Positions 51,328-60,853 of a stretch of DNA of 60,853 bases are shown here, one piece after another. Within the stretch, counting starts at the first letter, position 1; each line of letters opens with the position of its first letter. The notes beneath the pieces were generated by a model, which had not been told where the DNA came from, made no database searches, and saw only the letters and a program-made list of their open reading frames with translations. The stretch is from an uncultured Christensenella sp. (GTDB lineage Bacteria > Bacillota > Clostridia > Christensenellales > UBA1242). A program made the position numbers and the translations under genes. The DNA lies in contig CASEHF010000004.1 of NCBI GenBank assembly GCA_949287685.1, positions 1-60,853 on the forward strand. Reading direction: 5' to 3'.

Positions 51328-51340
51328 ATATTATCTCCTT

Positions 51341-52966
51341 TTAAATAATTCCAAGTTTGACTGAAATATTGGCCAAATCCGCGTTGACATCCTCTAGAAT
51401 ATTAATCAGTGCAAAATATGTGTCGCTTCCGCGTGGATAATGCCCAGTTTTACGATACTCTGAAAAAGTGGACTTTTTATTCTTTTGACAGAGCGAGAAC
51501 ACTCTCTTGTTACACTCTAGTGCAGACTTCAGTTGCTTGTTATCAATATTTTGACCATTTAGCAATGATTCTATTAGTGTGATATTTTGTAGATAAAATG
51601 CGCCCATTTCATCAAAAATTTTTGTAATGCTCCTACTCTGCTGGTCGCCTAGCACCTTATTTCTCTTAACGATGTCTGTACCTATTGAATATAGTTTACT
51701 TGAGCGGTCAGCAAGGTACGAAATGTCGTTTAAAATATTCAACAAATTGTTGATTTTGGGCAATTCGCTCTCACCCACCTTGCTCGACATACGAATGGTC
51801 GTGTTTGAGGTGATTTTGATTACTTTTTCAAAACCTTTGAGTTTACCTGACAGTCCGCGAATATCCTTTTTATCGGTGATGCGCTGTAGTAACTGCTGGT
51901 TTAACTCGCGATTAATCTCGAGCAGCCTACGAGTAGACTTGAGTAGCGAGGGGAAACCTACACTAAACACATTTACGACATTATCGGGCAAAATAAACTC
52001 GCTATAGTTATCCTCTGCCGTTTTCTTGACACGCACGAGTTTATCCATAAGGTTTGAAAGTGGCTTTGAAAGCGGTAACAAAACCAGGCTCGGTACAGTC
52101 ATTTGCACCATATGCACAATTATTAATGTAAGTACTACATTCTGCCCTAGCCCTTCGTATAGCCATGTAATGACTGGCGAAAAATACAGCGGTAAAAACA
52201 CTACAAAAGTAAGCAATCTAAACAGCACATGGAAAGTAACTACGCGCTTTGCCTCGACTGACTGTCCCGAAATCGTATAGACATAGTCCGATAACGCTGA
52301 CCCTACGCCAATTGCGAGCATTCCTAGGAAAGCCGATTCAATGCTAATAGGACCCACGAGCGCCGCTAGTACAGTGAGGCTCGCGAAAGTGCTGGTGGTG
52401 ATAAAGCTAATTAAAAAACCGATTAGTATCACGACCACAGGATGTCCAATCGCACTCAAAAAGTTATAAACCGCATCTATTTGGAAAATCTCCGTAGAGT
52501 ATGTGCCGACCAACTCAATACCCAGAAACAGCATACCAAAGCCGATTAGCGCCTCTGCGACCTTTTGCCCGCGACTGGTACGAATAAAGAGTGCGCAAAA
52601 CGCGCCTATTATACAAAATAGAGTTAGGAAAAGCGTGAGGTTAAAGCCCTGGAACATCATTAGCACCATAGACAGCGCACTACCAAAACTGATGCCTAGT
52701 ATAAAGGCGATACTTTGGCGTTGACTAATAGTACCAACATCGACAAAACCCATTATCATACCGCACACAAGCGTTACCTTTTGCGTAAGGAATGTCAATC
52801 CTCCACCGACTAGATAACTCCTCATAGGGCTAGCGGCGACATTTGCAAAATTTTTACCAAAGCGCGAGCCTAGAGTAGTTTCAAGAGAGCGACTAAAAAG
52901 AGACATACCGTATAGCAGTATGCCGAGCCCAGCGAGAGTCAAGACTACTAAAGAAACAATACTCAT
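51341..52966 (-). CDS. Na+/Pi cotransporter family protein with a PhoU-like tail (divergent)
   Basis: AGLGILLYGM and LIGFGMLFLG repeats, multi-TM N-terminal half, helical C-terminal half. Confidence 0.75.
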   Translation of the reverse strand: MSIVSLVVLTLAGLGILLYGMSLFSRSLETTLGSRFGKNFANVAASPMRSYLVGGGLTFLTQKVTLVCGMIMGFVDVGTISQRQSIAFILGISFGSALSMVLMMFQGFNLTLFLTLFCIIGAFCALFIRTSRGQKVAEALIGFGMLFLGIELVGTYSTEIFQIDAVYNFLSAIGHPVVVILIGFLISFITTSTFASLTVLAALVGPISIESAFLGMLAIGVGSALSDYVYTISGQSVEAKRVVTFHVLFRLLTFVVFLPLYFSPVITWLYEGLGQNVVLTLIIVHMVQMTVPSLVLLPLSKPLSNLMDKLVRVKKTAEDNYSEFILPDNVVNVFSVGFPSLLKSTRRLLEINRELNQQLLQRITDKKDIRGLSGKLKGFEKVIKITSNTTIRMSSKVGESELPKINNLLNILNDISYLADRSSKLYSIGTDIVKRNKVLGDQQSRSITKIFDEMGAFYLQNITLIESLLNGQNIDNKQLKSALECNKRVFSLCQKNKKSTFSEYRKTGHYPRGSDTYFALINILEDVNADLANISVKLGII

Positions 52967-53022
52967 AACGCGCCCTTTTTAAATTTCTATCACACTAAGA
53001 AGTACTACCTATAATGATACTA

Positions 53023-53062
53023 AAAAATCGCCCCAAAAGCAAACAAATTAAGGCGATTTTTT
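53023..53062 (-). terminator. Terminator after dusB
   Basis: AAAAATCGCC...GGCGATTTTTT. Confidence 0.6.
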
Positions 53063-53064
53063 GA

Positions 53065-53985
53065 TTAAACAAACGCTTGTCTTAAAGTATCGAGTAAAAT
53101 ATCGTATTTAGATATAGTATTCATCTCCGCGCGCAACGATTTTGAGACCTCTGCGTGCTTTAAATAATAGTTTAAGTGCTTGCGCATAAGGGGAATTGCT
53201 CGGCGCTCCCCATAAAAATCAACAGCGAGGCGGTAATGCTCTAAAATCACCTCATAAATCGACTTATTATACTCGCGCCCACTTAAACTAGCAAAAATTT
53301 GCGGGTTGCCGAGCGCTCCCCTACCAATCGCGACTCCATCGACCCCGTACTTGTTTATTTTCTCCACAGCCTCGGGGGCGGAGGTTATGTCGCCATTACC
53401 AACTACAGGTATTGAGACCGCACGCTTTACCTTACCAATCTCCTCCCAATCAGCGCGCCCACTATAGCCCTGCTCCCGAGTCCGCCCATGTACACACACC
53501 ATACTAGCGCCCGAATCCTCGCACATCTTGGCAAAGTCAACAGCATTTATACTCGTGCTATCCCACCCTATGCGCATCTTGACACTAATAGGTTTAGTCG
53601 AGTTTAGTCGCGCACTCTCAATCAACTTACTCGCGCGTGGCAAATCTAATAAAAGCGCGCTCCCCATACCGTTTTTTACAATTTTAGGCACAGGACACCC
53701 CATATTTATATCGATTATACAAAAGGGGGCAAGGTCGGGTAATTGCACACAATCACCCAAAATACTAGGCTCATCACAAAAAAGCTGTACCGCAGTCTTT
53801 TCTATCCCTTTGGCTAGTAATTCTTTGGTGTTTTCCGAGCCGTACACCAGCCCGCGAGCGCTCACCATTTCAGTAACCACGAGCCCCGCGCCAGCCTCGC
53901 CACAAATTTTTCTAAAGCACACATCGCTCAGCCCCGCCATAGGCGCTAGAATATAAGGGGCGATGCTTTCGTTACCTATTTTCAT
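53065..53985 (-). CDS. dusB: tRNA-dihydrouridine synthase
   Basis: LAPMAG, DINMGCP, VHGRTREQGYSG and GNGDI motifs. Confidence 0.92.
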   Translation of the reverse strand: MKIGNESIAPYILAPMAGLSDVCFRKICGEAGAGLVVTEMVSARGLVYGSENTKELLAKGIEKTAVQLFCDEPSILGDCVQLPDLAPFCIIDINMGCPVPKIVKNGMGSALLLDLPRASKLIESARLNSTKPISVKMRIGWDSTSINAVDFAKMCEDSGASMVCVHGRTREQGYSGRADWEEIGKVKRAVSIPVVGNGDITSAPEAVEKINKYGVDGVAIGRGALGNPQIFASLSGREYNKSIYEVILEHYRLAVDFYGERRAIPLMRKHLNYYLKHAEVSKSLRAEMNTISKYDILLDTLRQAFV

Positions 53986-54032
53986 AATTACTCCTAACAA
54001 CAAAAAAAGAAGCCCTGTAGGCTCCCTTTAAC

Positions 54033-54308
54033 TTAAGCATTAACAGCGTCTTTCAAACCCTTGCCTGCCTTGAATGCAGGAACCTTGCAAGCGGCGATCT
54101 TAATCTGGGCGCCTGTAGCAGGGTTGATACCAGTACGAGCAGCGCGTACGCGAGCCTCAAACTGACCAAAGCCTGTCAAAATAATTTTGTTACCCGCACG
54201 CATTTCCTCTTGGATAACATCCAAAACTGCGTTTACAACTTTTGCGGTCTCTACATTGCTCATATTAACTTTACTAGCAACTGCAGAAATAAATTCTTGT
54301 TTGTTCAT
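54033..54308 (-). CDS. hup: DNA-binding protein HU
   Basis: MNKQEF, GFGQFE and RAARTGINPATG motifs. Confidence 0.96.
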   Translation of the reverse strand: MNKQEFISAVASKVNMSNVETAKVVNAVLDVIQEEMRAGNKIILTGFGQFEARVRAARTGINPATGAQIKIAACKVPAFKAGKGLKDAVNA

Positions 54309-54412
54309 TACTTAAATTCTCCTTTTTGTAATGTTAAGAGGAGTATAACATACTTTGCGCATATTTCCAAACGATTTTGCTTATTTTTTCACAAATTTAC
54401 ACCAAAAATAGC

Positions 54413-54703
54413 CTAAAAATCGCTAAAATCCGCCGCGAGCGCCCTTTTTAGAGCCGAAAATGAGTAAAATTTAGGCACGAAATGCGGTTTTGTAGTCACG
54501 ACTATCGACTGCGAAAAGAGGTGTTTTGTAGTGCTTTTGCGATATTCTGCCACAAATTTCCCGAGGCCTGAAAGGCTCACCTCCTCCCCTCTCGAGAGCG
54601 AATTTCTAATTTCTGCAATCGCAGAATTTAAGACAATGTCAACTATCTCCCTAGGCAATTTAGTCTTGTGTGCGATTAACTGTGAAAATTCTGTTCTATT
54701 CAT
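54413..54703 (-). CDS. Divergent HU/IHF-family protein
   Basis: MNRTEF, GEEVSLSGLGKF and PKF motifs; arm lacks the NP tip. Confidence 0.8.
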   Translation of the reverse strand: MNRTEFSQLIAHKTKLPREIVDIVLNSAIAEIRNSLSRGEEVSLSGLGKFVAEYRKSTTKHLFSQSIVVTTKPHFVPKFYSFSALKRALAADFSDF

Positions 54704-54878
54704 AAAAGTACCCCAAATAAATGTTTTTACTAAAAAAATTATTGACTTTTGGTAAAATAGTACTATATAGATGCAATATGGTATTTTTATCTTACTTAGT
54801 TTTGCTAAAAAGTGCTTTAGAGTGCAACATAGAATTACTTAAAAATTTACAATTATACCGACTTATACTCCTATATAA

Positions 54879-56441
54879 TTATTGACCAGCCTCGGGTAGT
54901 TTAGTCATTCTTTTACGAAAAATCGCTAGAAATCCATTAAAATCAAACCCAAACACCCATAGTGAGAAAATGTACAGTACCACCCCGCCAAGCACCCCCG
55001 CTGCTAGCGCCCACAAATTTAATATAGGCAATAGCATTATATTTAATAGGTATATAGCGAGCATTCCCGCCCCCGCGACACAAGGCAGAATCAATTTAAA
55101 ATTGTATCTAATTCTAAATCTATGTAGATACATAGCATTTAATAGACACGACAAGATATAAAAAGAGGCAGTCGATAGCGCAAGTCCGTAAATATTTATA
55201 CTAGCAATAGGCACGAGGAGTACTGTGAACACAATTTTGACTACCCCTGCAACTATCATATTTAGCATAGTCACCTTGCCTTTGCCCAACGCCTGCAAAG
55301 TGCTGTTCTGCACTTGTAGCACCGACCCAAATAAGATTATCGGCGAGCCAAGTATTAATAAATTTGTAGCGACATCCAAAAATTCCGCCCCGCCCATTCC
55401 GTGATAAAGAACATCGAGTAAAGCACTAGGCAGCACACAAAATACGACAATTACGGGTAAACAAAAGGCAAAAGTGATTGTATAGGCTGTGTTTAGTTTT
55501 CTGCTTATAGCCGCCTTATCCTTTAGGCTCGCCACCGCAGGCACAATCGAAATCGCGACTGCTAAACATAGGGCAATTGGCATATTTACTAGACTATTTA
55601 CAACCCCACTATCTATTCCCCACAAAATAGTGGCAGTACTACTACCTATGCCCGCTTTGCCTAATAGGTTTACGATTAAGAAACTGTCTAGCATTATAAG
55701 AACAGGTAGCACAATCTGCGCCATAACTATCGGCGTACTCGTACGAATCAACTCCAAAAACACCGCTTTCCTAGTACTATGCACCACATTTTGCGAATAG
55801 TTCGGCGCTGCTTTTCGCGTTTTTAGATATATAATGCATAGTACTGCGACAGTGAGTACTTCGCTAATAGTGACACCTATAATAGCCCCGAATGCGCCAA
55901 ATTCCAGCCCGTATCCTAAAAATAAGTAGGCACACGCTAGTCCAAAGACCAGTTTCCCGCCCTGCTCTATGATTTGGCTGAGTGCTGTCGGTATCATATT
56001 GCTATGCCCCTGGAAGTATCCGCGGAATACGCTCAATATGCACACAAAAAACACCGCTGGTGCTATACCTAAATAACCTAAAGTACTACTGCCATTCCCC
56101 TGCAGGTTCGCAATTATTTGTGAAAGCCCCGCCACTAATACGCTCGCGATTAGGCCCACCACCGCCATAGTAAAAATACTCACCCGAAATACTGTTTTTA
56201 CCCCCGCGTAGTCGTGATTACTGAGTCTGTTTGCTATCATTTTACTAATAGAAGTCGGCATTCCGCTGCTAGCCAACACGATTATCAGCGAAAAAACGGG
56301 GAAAATCAACTGATATAACCCCAGCCCTTCCGCACCAAGTACCCAAGTAAGTGGTATACGATATATAGCACCTAAAATTTTTGCGATTGCGCCGCCTATG
56401 AATAAGATAGCGACACCGCCCAAGAATGTTTGCTGTTTCAT
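54879..56441 (-). CDS. MOP/MurJ-family flippase (SpoVB/YabM-like)
   Basis: KILGAIYRIPL, RGYFQG and SQIIEQ motifs; about 14 TM helices. Confidence 0.88.
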   Translation of the reverse strand: MKQQTFLGGVAILFIGGAIAKILGAIYRIPLTWVLGAEGLGLYQLIFPVFSLIIVLASSGMPTSISKMIANRLSNHDYAGVKTVFRVSIFTMAVVGLIASVLVAGLSQIIANLQGNGSSTLGYLGIAPAVFFVCILSVFRGYFQGHSNMIPTALSQIIEQGGKLVFGLACAYLFLGYGLEFGAFGAIIGVTISEVLTVAVLCIIYLKTRKAAPNYSQNVVHSTRKAVFLELIRTSTPIVMAQIVLPVLIMLDSFLIVNLLGKAGIGSSTATILWGIDSGVVNSLVNMPIALCLAVAISIVPAVASLKDKAAISRKLNTAYTITFAFCLPVIVVFCVLPSALLDVLYHGMGGAEFLDVATNLLILGSPIILFGSVLQVQNSTLQALGKGKVTMLNMIVAGVVKIVFTVLLVPIASINIYGLALSTASFYILSCLLNAMYLHRFRIRYNFKLILPCVAGAGMLAIYLLNIMLLPILNLWALAAGVLGGVVLYIFSLWVFGFDFNGFLAIFRKRMTKLPEAGQ

Positions 56442-56572
56442 ATCGTTATTTTTAGCGATTATAAACTATTTATACTTATTAACCGCCACTTTCACAATAT
56501 ACTACCCGCAATTCACGCGCTATATTTACAGCAATATATAATACTAACTGTTAAGCGAAAAGATTTACCAGA

Positions 56573-57907
56573 TTAGAGCGCCACCACCCTATTTTGCACC
56601 TTAGTACAAAGTGCGAGTAGTTTTTCGCGGTCGTATCCCTCCACTAGCACGCGTACAACATCCTCAGTCCCACTCGCGCGCACCACAATCCGCCCCTGCG
56701 ATGCTAGTTCCTCCTCTAGAGCCGCTATGTAGTCATCCATTACACCACTACCTACTAGCGCCTTTTGCCTGTCGCTCACAGGGATATCGGCGGTCACCAT
56801 CTCAGTACGCTCCAACCCCTCGAGAAGTTTTATAGCCGTGCAATTTTCCTCGATAATGATTTTTAGTAGCAATAATACGGTCGTTAGCCCGCACGATTCC
56901 GCGCCCACATCGCCTAAAATTATATGTCCGTTTTCCTCGCCACCTAAGTTAAACTTAGACTTTAACATTTCCTCGCGGATAAACAGCCCGCCGACTTCGG
57001 TACGCACGACCTTAATCCCTGCCTTATTTAGACTTTGCTCCAGTCCACAATTGGCAATCTTGGTAGTCACTAAGGTGTCTTTTTCTAGCCTGTGATGTTT
57101 GTATAAGTATCTTGCAAAAATATACAAAATGTCCGAGCCATCTAGCACTCGCCCGTTTGATAAAACGACCAACACCCTATCACCATCGCCATCAAAGGTA
57201 AAGCCGAAATCAACTTGATTTTTTACGCATTCGGTGACAAATTTCTCATAGTGTGTACTGCCGCAATCAGCATTTATATACAAGCCGCAATCAGTGTCAT
57301 TGTAACTCATTATATGCGCGCCCAACCTCTTAAACACATACGGTACAATATTGTATGTAGCGCCATTTGCAAGGTCGAGCGCGATTTTAAACCCGCTAAG
57401 TGAGGGCATTTTTAGAGAGTTTAGTATATGGTCGACCCAGAGTTTACCGAGGTCCATATACTCTATACTACCGATACTCGTAGGCTCACAACCTAGAAAA
57501 TTCTCAATATCGTAGTAAATTCTCTCGATATTGTCCTGCTCCTCCAGCGATATCTTTTCACCCTCGGCATTGTAAAACTTGATGCCATTATATATAGGTG
57601 GGTTATGGCTAGCGGTAATCATTACCCCACCATCGACCTCAATCGTGTTTACTAAAAAACTCACAGCAGGCGTAGGTAAAATTTCGGTAACGATAGCACT
57701 ATACCCCATTGAGTTTAGTCCCGAAATAAAACCAGTGACTAGCATATCCCCCGACACGCGCGTGTCCTTTACAATCAACACTTTTTTATATCTTGCGTTT
57801 TTAGACAAATTGACCGCAAAGGCCTTCCCTAATTTTAAGGCACCCTCTGCGGTCAACTTTTCATTTGCTATTCCTCTGATTCCATCCGTACCAAACAATT
57901 TACGCAT
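56573..57907 (-). CDS. glmM: Phosphoglucosamine mutase
   Basis: LFGTDGIRG, TASHNP, DGDGDR and RASGTE motifs. Confidence 0.88.
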   Translation of the reverse strand: MRKLFGTDGIRGIANEKLTAEGALKLGKAFAVNLSKNARYKKVLIVKDTRVSGDMLVTGFISGLNSMGYSAIVTEILPTPAVSFLVNTIEVDGGVMITASHNPPIYNGIKFYNAEGEKISLEEQDNIERIYYDIENFLGCEPTSIGSIEYMDLGKLWVDHILNSLKMPSLSGFKIALDLANGATYNIVPYVFKRLGAHIMSYNDTDCGLYINADCGSTHYEKFVTECVKNQVDFGFTFDGDGDRVLVVLSNGRVLDGSDILYIFARYLYKHHRLEKDTLVTTKIANCGLEQSLNKAGIKVVRTEVGGLFIREEMLKSKFNLGGEENGHIILGDVGAESCGLTTVLLLLKIIIEENCTAIKLLEGLERTEMVTADIPVSDRQKALVGSGVMDDYIAALEEELASQGRIVVRASGTEDVVRVLVEGYDREKLLALCTKVQNRVVAL

Positions 57908-57910
57908 ACA

Positions 57911-58840
57911 CTAACCTCGTGATTTTTTTGCGTACATCGCGGCGTTGGTGCCTGCAATAGCACCATCTGAAATGGCGGTTGCGATTTGGCGAAGGGGTTT
58001 TTTCGTGATATCCCCTGCAGCATAGACTCCCGATACATTTGTCTCCATTTGCTCGTTTACGACAATATATCCTCCCTCTAGCGTGATTACACCATCTAGC
58101 ATCTCGGTATTTGGATTTCTGCCAATTGCTACAAAGACCCCATTTACATCTAGTTTTTCCGTTTCATTCGACACAACATTGCGTAAAACTATAGATTCGA
58201 CCTTGTCTACCCCTTCTATATCGACAGTGACACAATCGAGCCTAAGTTCTACATTGTTGTTAGGCGATTTTAGCAATTCCTCCAACTGATTCAATGTCGC
58301 ATCATCCGCACGGAAGCCCTGTCGCCTATGTACTAGATAAAGTTTTTTCACAATAGGCGCTAGGTATAACACATCTCCTAGCGCTGTATTTCCGCCACCT
58401 ACTACTGCGACTGTCTGCCCCTTAAAAAAAGCGCCATCGCACACCGCACAATAACTCAGTCCCCGACCGACAAACTTTTTTTCATTCGGCACACCGAGTC
58501 CGCGCGAGTACGCACCCATACTTAATATGACACTAGGGGCGCGATATGTTACACCGTTTGCGGTGACTTCTTTTATACTACCGACTAATTCAACCTTGTC
58601 TACCGAGGCAAACACGGTCTCTACCCCGAGGGCTGTCATCTGCTCAAACATATTTTGGCTCAACTCAAAGCCATCGATATTTTTATACCCCGGGTAATTT
58701 GCAATATTACTCGTGATTGCCACTTGCCCGCCTACGCCCGCCTTTTCAATAAGCAATACCTTTGCCCCAGCGCGAGAGGCATAAATGCCCGCGGTCATTC
58801 CCGAGGGGCCGCCGCCGATAATGATTACATCGTATTCCAT
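57911..58840 (-). CDS. trxB: Thioredoxin reductase
   Basis: GGGPSG, SYCAVCDG, GGGNTA and AAGDI motifs. Confidence 0.95.
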   Translation of the reverse strand: MEYDVIIIGGGPSGMTAGIYASRAGAKVLLIEKAGVGGQVAITSNIANYPGYKNIDGFELSQNMFEQMTALGVETVFASVDKVELVGSIKEVTANGVTYRAPSVILSMGAYSRGLGVPNEKKFVGRGLSYCAVCDGAFFKGQTVAVVGGGNTALGDVLYLAPIVKKLYLVHRRQGFRADDATLNQLEELLKSPNNNVELRLDCVTVDIEGVDKVESIVLRNVVSNETEKLDVNGVFVAIGRNPNTEMLDGVITLEGGYIVVNEQMETNVSGVYAAGDITKKPLRQIATAISDGAIAGTNAAMYAKKSRG

Positions 58841-58902
58841 ACTTACTCCTAATAATTTTGTAATAAAAGGATATCCCCTTCACCGCGCCAGCCTAAAAAT
58901 TA

Positions 58903-58952
58903 GGTCATCATGAGCCTCGACCTGCAGCGCCTTTAGACGAAGGATCTATTCC
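58903..58952 (-). repeat. Family A element (reverse orientation)
   Basis: Reverse complement GGAATAGATCCTTCGTCTAAAGGCGCTGCAGGTCGAGGCTCATGATGACC differs from 6754-6803 at three positions. Confidence 0.85.
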
Positions 58953-59000
58953 ACTTTATGTTATTATATACGAAAAAAGCCAAATTGCAAAACAAATTGG

Positions 59001-59585
59001 CTATTTTTTATTTTTATTAAAACGATTTCGTTCCGCCGAATCATCGACTAGGTAATTTACTTGCATATTAGGCTCTAGAATAGCGCTACTACGCTCCTTG
59101 CGGGCGTGGAGCGTGCGCATAACCTTTCTAGCCAGCGGTTGCGCAATCAATATTTCAATCCATAGAGCAAGAAAAAAGTTCCTAGGCCACGCGAGCAAGA
59201 AGTCCGTAAACACAGCAGTTGTGACAGTGCCTATGCTTAATAGTTCTCCGTAGATTAACCCGAGCCAAGTCATCAAAAAGGACATAGCCAACACGGTAAA
59301 CAATATTCTAAACAAAATTCGCGCATTAAAGCCATCGGTCTTGCCGCCAAACTTTTTGCACATAAATTCAGCGAACCTCCCTGCTACAAAATGCTCTAGC
59401 AACATTGCCAGCACGAAAAACAGCGGAAATGAATAAAGTATTGAAATTATCACTCCACCATTCACCACCCCTGCGCCTAAGCAAATATTAATAGCGCACA
59501 TTAGTAGCGCCGTGATTCCCGCGATTACCACGCCGTATAATAGCCCTTCCTTATTATTTTGAGGCAAACGGTCTTCCTTTTGCAT
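59001..59585 (-). CDS. DUF2798-like membrane protein
   Basis: RLPQNNKEGLLY and AWPRNFFLALWIEILIAQPLAR motifs. Confidence 0.75.
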   Translation of the reverse strand: MQKEDRLPQNNKEGLLYGVVIAGITALLMCAINICLGAGVVNGGVIISILYSFPLFFVLAMLLEHFVAGRFAEFMCKKFGGKTDGFNARILFRILFTVLAMSFLMTWLGLIYGELLSIGTVTTAVFTDFLLAWPRNFFLALWIEILIAQPLARKVMRTLHARKERSSAILEPNMQVNYLVDDSAERNRFNKNKK

Positions 59586-59720
59586 TTAATTCCTCCTTTT
59601 ACTGAAAAAAAGAATGCGCAAGCCCAACTGGACTTACGCAAACCATTTTGCTACTCGTTGTTTATAATTAAATAATATCATAATTATGTCCAAAAAGCAA
59701 GCAAAAACGCAAAAATTTTT

Positions 59721-59749
59721 GCATAAAAGAACAAGTTTTATTCAAAATA
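59721..59749 (+). promoter_or_regulatory. Putative sigmaG forespore promoter (GCATA-17-CAAAATA)
   Basis: Matches the GHATR-N17/18-CAHAHTA consensus just upstream of GGAGG. Confidence 0.55.
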
Positions 59750-59764
59750 ACTATGGAGGAAATT

Positions 59765-60193
59765 ATGGATAGAGATTTTGAATTGTTAACCAGTATTTAT
59801 CAAAATTGCGAGACCGCGATAAAGAGTATTGAGGATATCGAGCCCGCAGTCGAAAATGAGGAATTGCGCGCCGAACTGCGCGAGGAACTCCTACATTACC
59901 GCGAGTTTGCAAAAAAGTGCAAGGCGCTTAATCCCGATTTACCCGACAATAACACTTTCGAAAAAGCGAGGCTGTGGACCTCTATTAAAATGGCAACAGT
60001 GTTTAACAAGTCTACAAGGCACCTTGCCGAAATGCTACTATTAGGCACGGTCATGGGAACATTGCAGTGCTATAAAGACATTAGCGACTACAGGTCCGCG
60101 AGTCACGATTTGCTCGAGGTCGCTGGTGAACTGCTCCGCATGGAGGAGGAACATTTTAACTACCTAAAAATGTTTTTGCAAAAGAATATATAG
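59765..60193 (+). CDS. Ferritin-like four-helix-bundle protein, probably spore-associated
   Basis: Helical pattern with a C-terminal EEEHF; GGAGG RBS before the ATG at 59765. Confidence 0.6.
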   Translation: MDRDFELLTSIYQNCETAIKSIEDIEPAVENEELRAELREELLHYREFAKKCKALNPDLPDNNTFEKARLWTSIKMATVFNKSTRHLAEMLLLGTVMGTLQCYKDISDYRSASHDLLEVAGELLRMEEEHFNYLKMFLQKNI

Positions 60194-60392
60194 GAATAAA
60201 TATTTTTTATTTAAACTTAAAACTAAAAGCCACAATCCGCATAAGCACAACTAAAAAGCATACCAAAGTTAAGGTACACAAAATGTAAAAAACGCTAAAC
60301 TTTATACAAAACAAAAATCACCATATCCTCCCCTATAGCGGGGCTTTTGATACTGGTGATTTTAATAGTATAAACTAGAAGGTTTATTTCCT

Positions 60393-60632
60393 TTATTTCT
60401 TTTCTGCGATTTTACTCTCGACATAGTCGACAAGTTTCCCAATGGTGTCGAGATTTTTTGCCTCATCATCGGGTACCGTGATGTCGTATTTGTCCTCAAG
60501 GGCGATGAGCATTTCTACCATATCAAGCGAATCGGTGTGCAAATCCTCTACAATTCTAGACTCTCTCGTGATAGTCTTTGGGTCAATATTTAACTGTTCT
60601 GCTAATAGTTGAGTAATTTCTTCGTATACCAT
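60393..60632 (-). CDS. acpP: Acyl carrier protein
   Basis: DLHTDSLDMVEM phosphopantetheine site. Confidence 0.95.
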   Translation of the reverse strand: MVYEEITQLLAEQLNIDPKTITRESRIVEDLHTDSLDMVEMLIALEDKYDITVPDDEAKNLDTIGKLVDYVESKIAEKK

Positions 60633-60853
60633 TACTTCGTTTCTCCTTTTAGGCGTTTGAATAATTCAATTTTATCATACAATACAAAACTTGTAAAGCA
60701 TTTACGCCACATAAAAGCAGTTTTCATTTATTTATTTCATAAGTTTGAGCCAAGGTTTTTAGTTAGGAATATAAACTACACATAACAAGCCCTCGCCCCC
60801 CAATTTACACAAAAAACGCACACCCCCCCACTTAAAATGCGGTACTATGCAAT

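Overview
A 61 kb chromosomal segment from a spore-forming, low-GC Firmicute (Clostridia-like, probably reduced-genome; taxonomy is inference). It carries housekeeping genes: ctsR-mcsA-clpC, fba, gap, pgk-tpiA-gpmI, mnmA, rpmG-secE-nusG-rplK-rplA, metG, dusB, hup, glmM, trxB and acpP. It also carries sporulation/germination genes (spmAB, veg, sipL-like, spoIIR, sleB, ypeB, yabM-like), a six-tRNA cluster, a broken dinB, and a mosaic InlB-repeat surface protein opposite twin XRE regulators. No rRNA, CRISPR array, integrase or transposase was seen. The most striking signal is a set of nine dispersed, largely unrecognisable soluble proteins in six units, each unit behind its own extended -10 sigmaA promoter. 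Seven of the nine have Glu exactly four residues from the C-terminus, versus 2 of 48 other proteins, which suggests a shared C-terminal export or recognition tag. Other unexplained structure includes three families of intergenic palindromic repeats, a 218-bp tandem array and a perfect four-way junction upstream of rplK, copies of tRNA T-arms downstream of their own tRNA genes, a candidate structured leader RNA, and a ctsR-mcsA-clpC operon with no mcsB. All calls come from reading the sequence and motif recognition; no searches were run.
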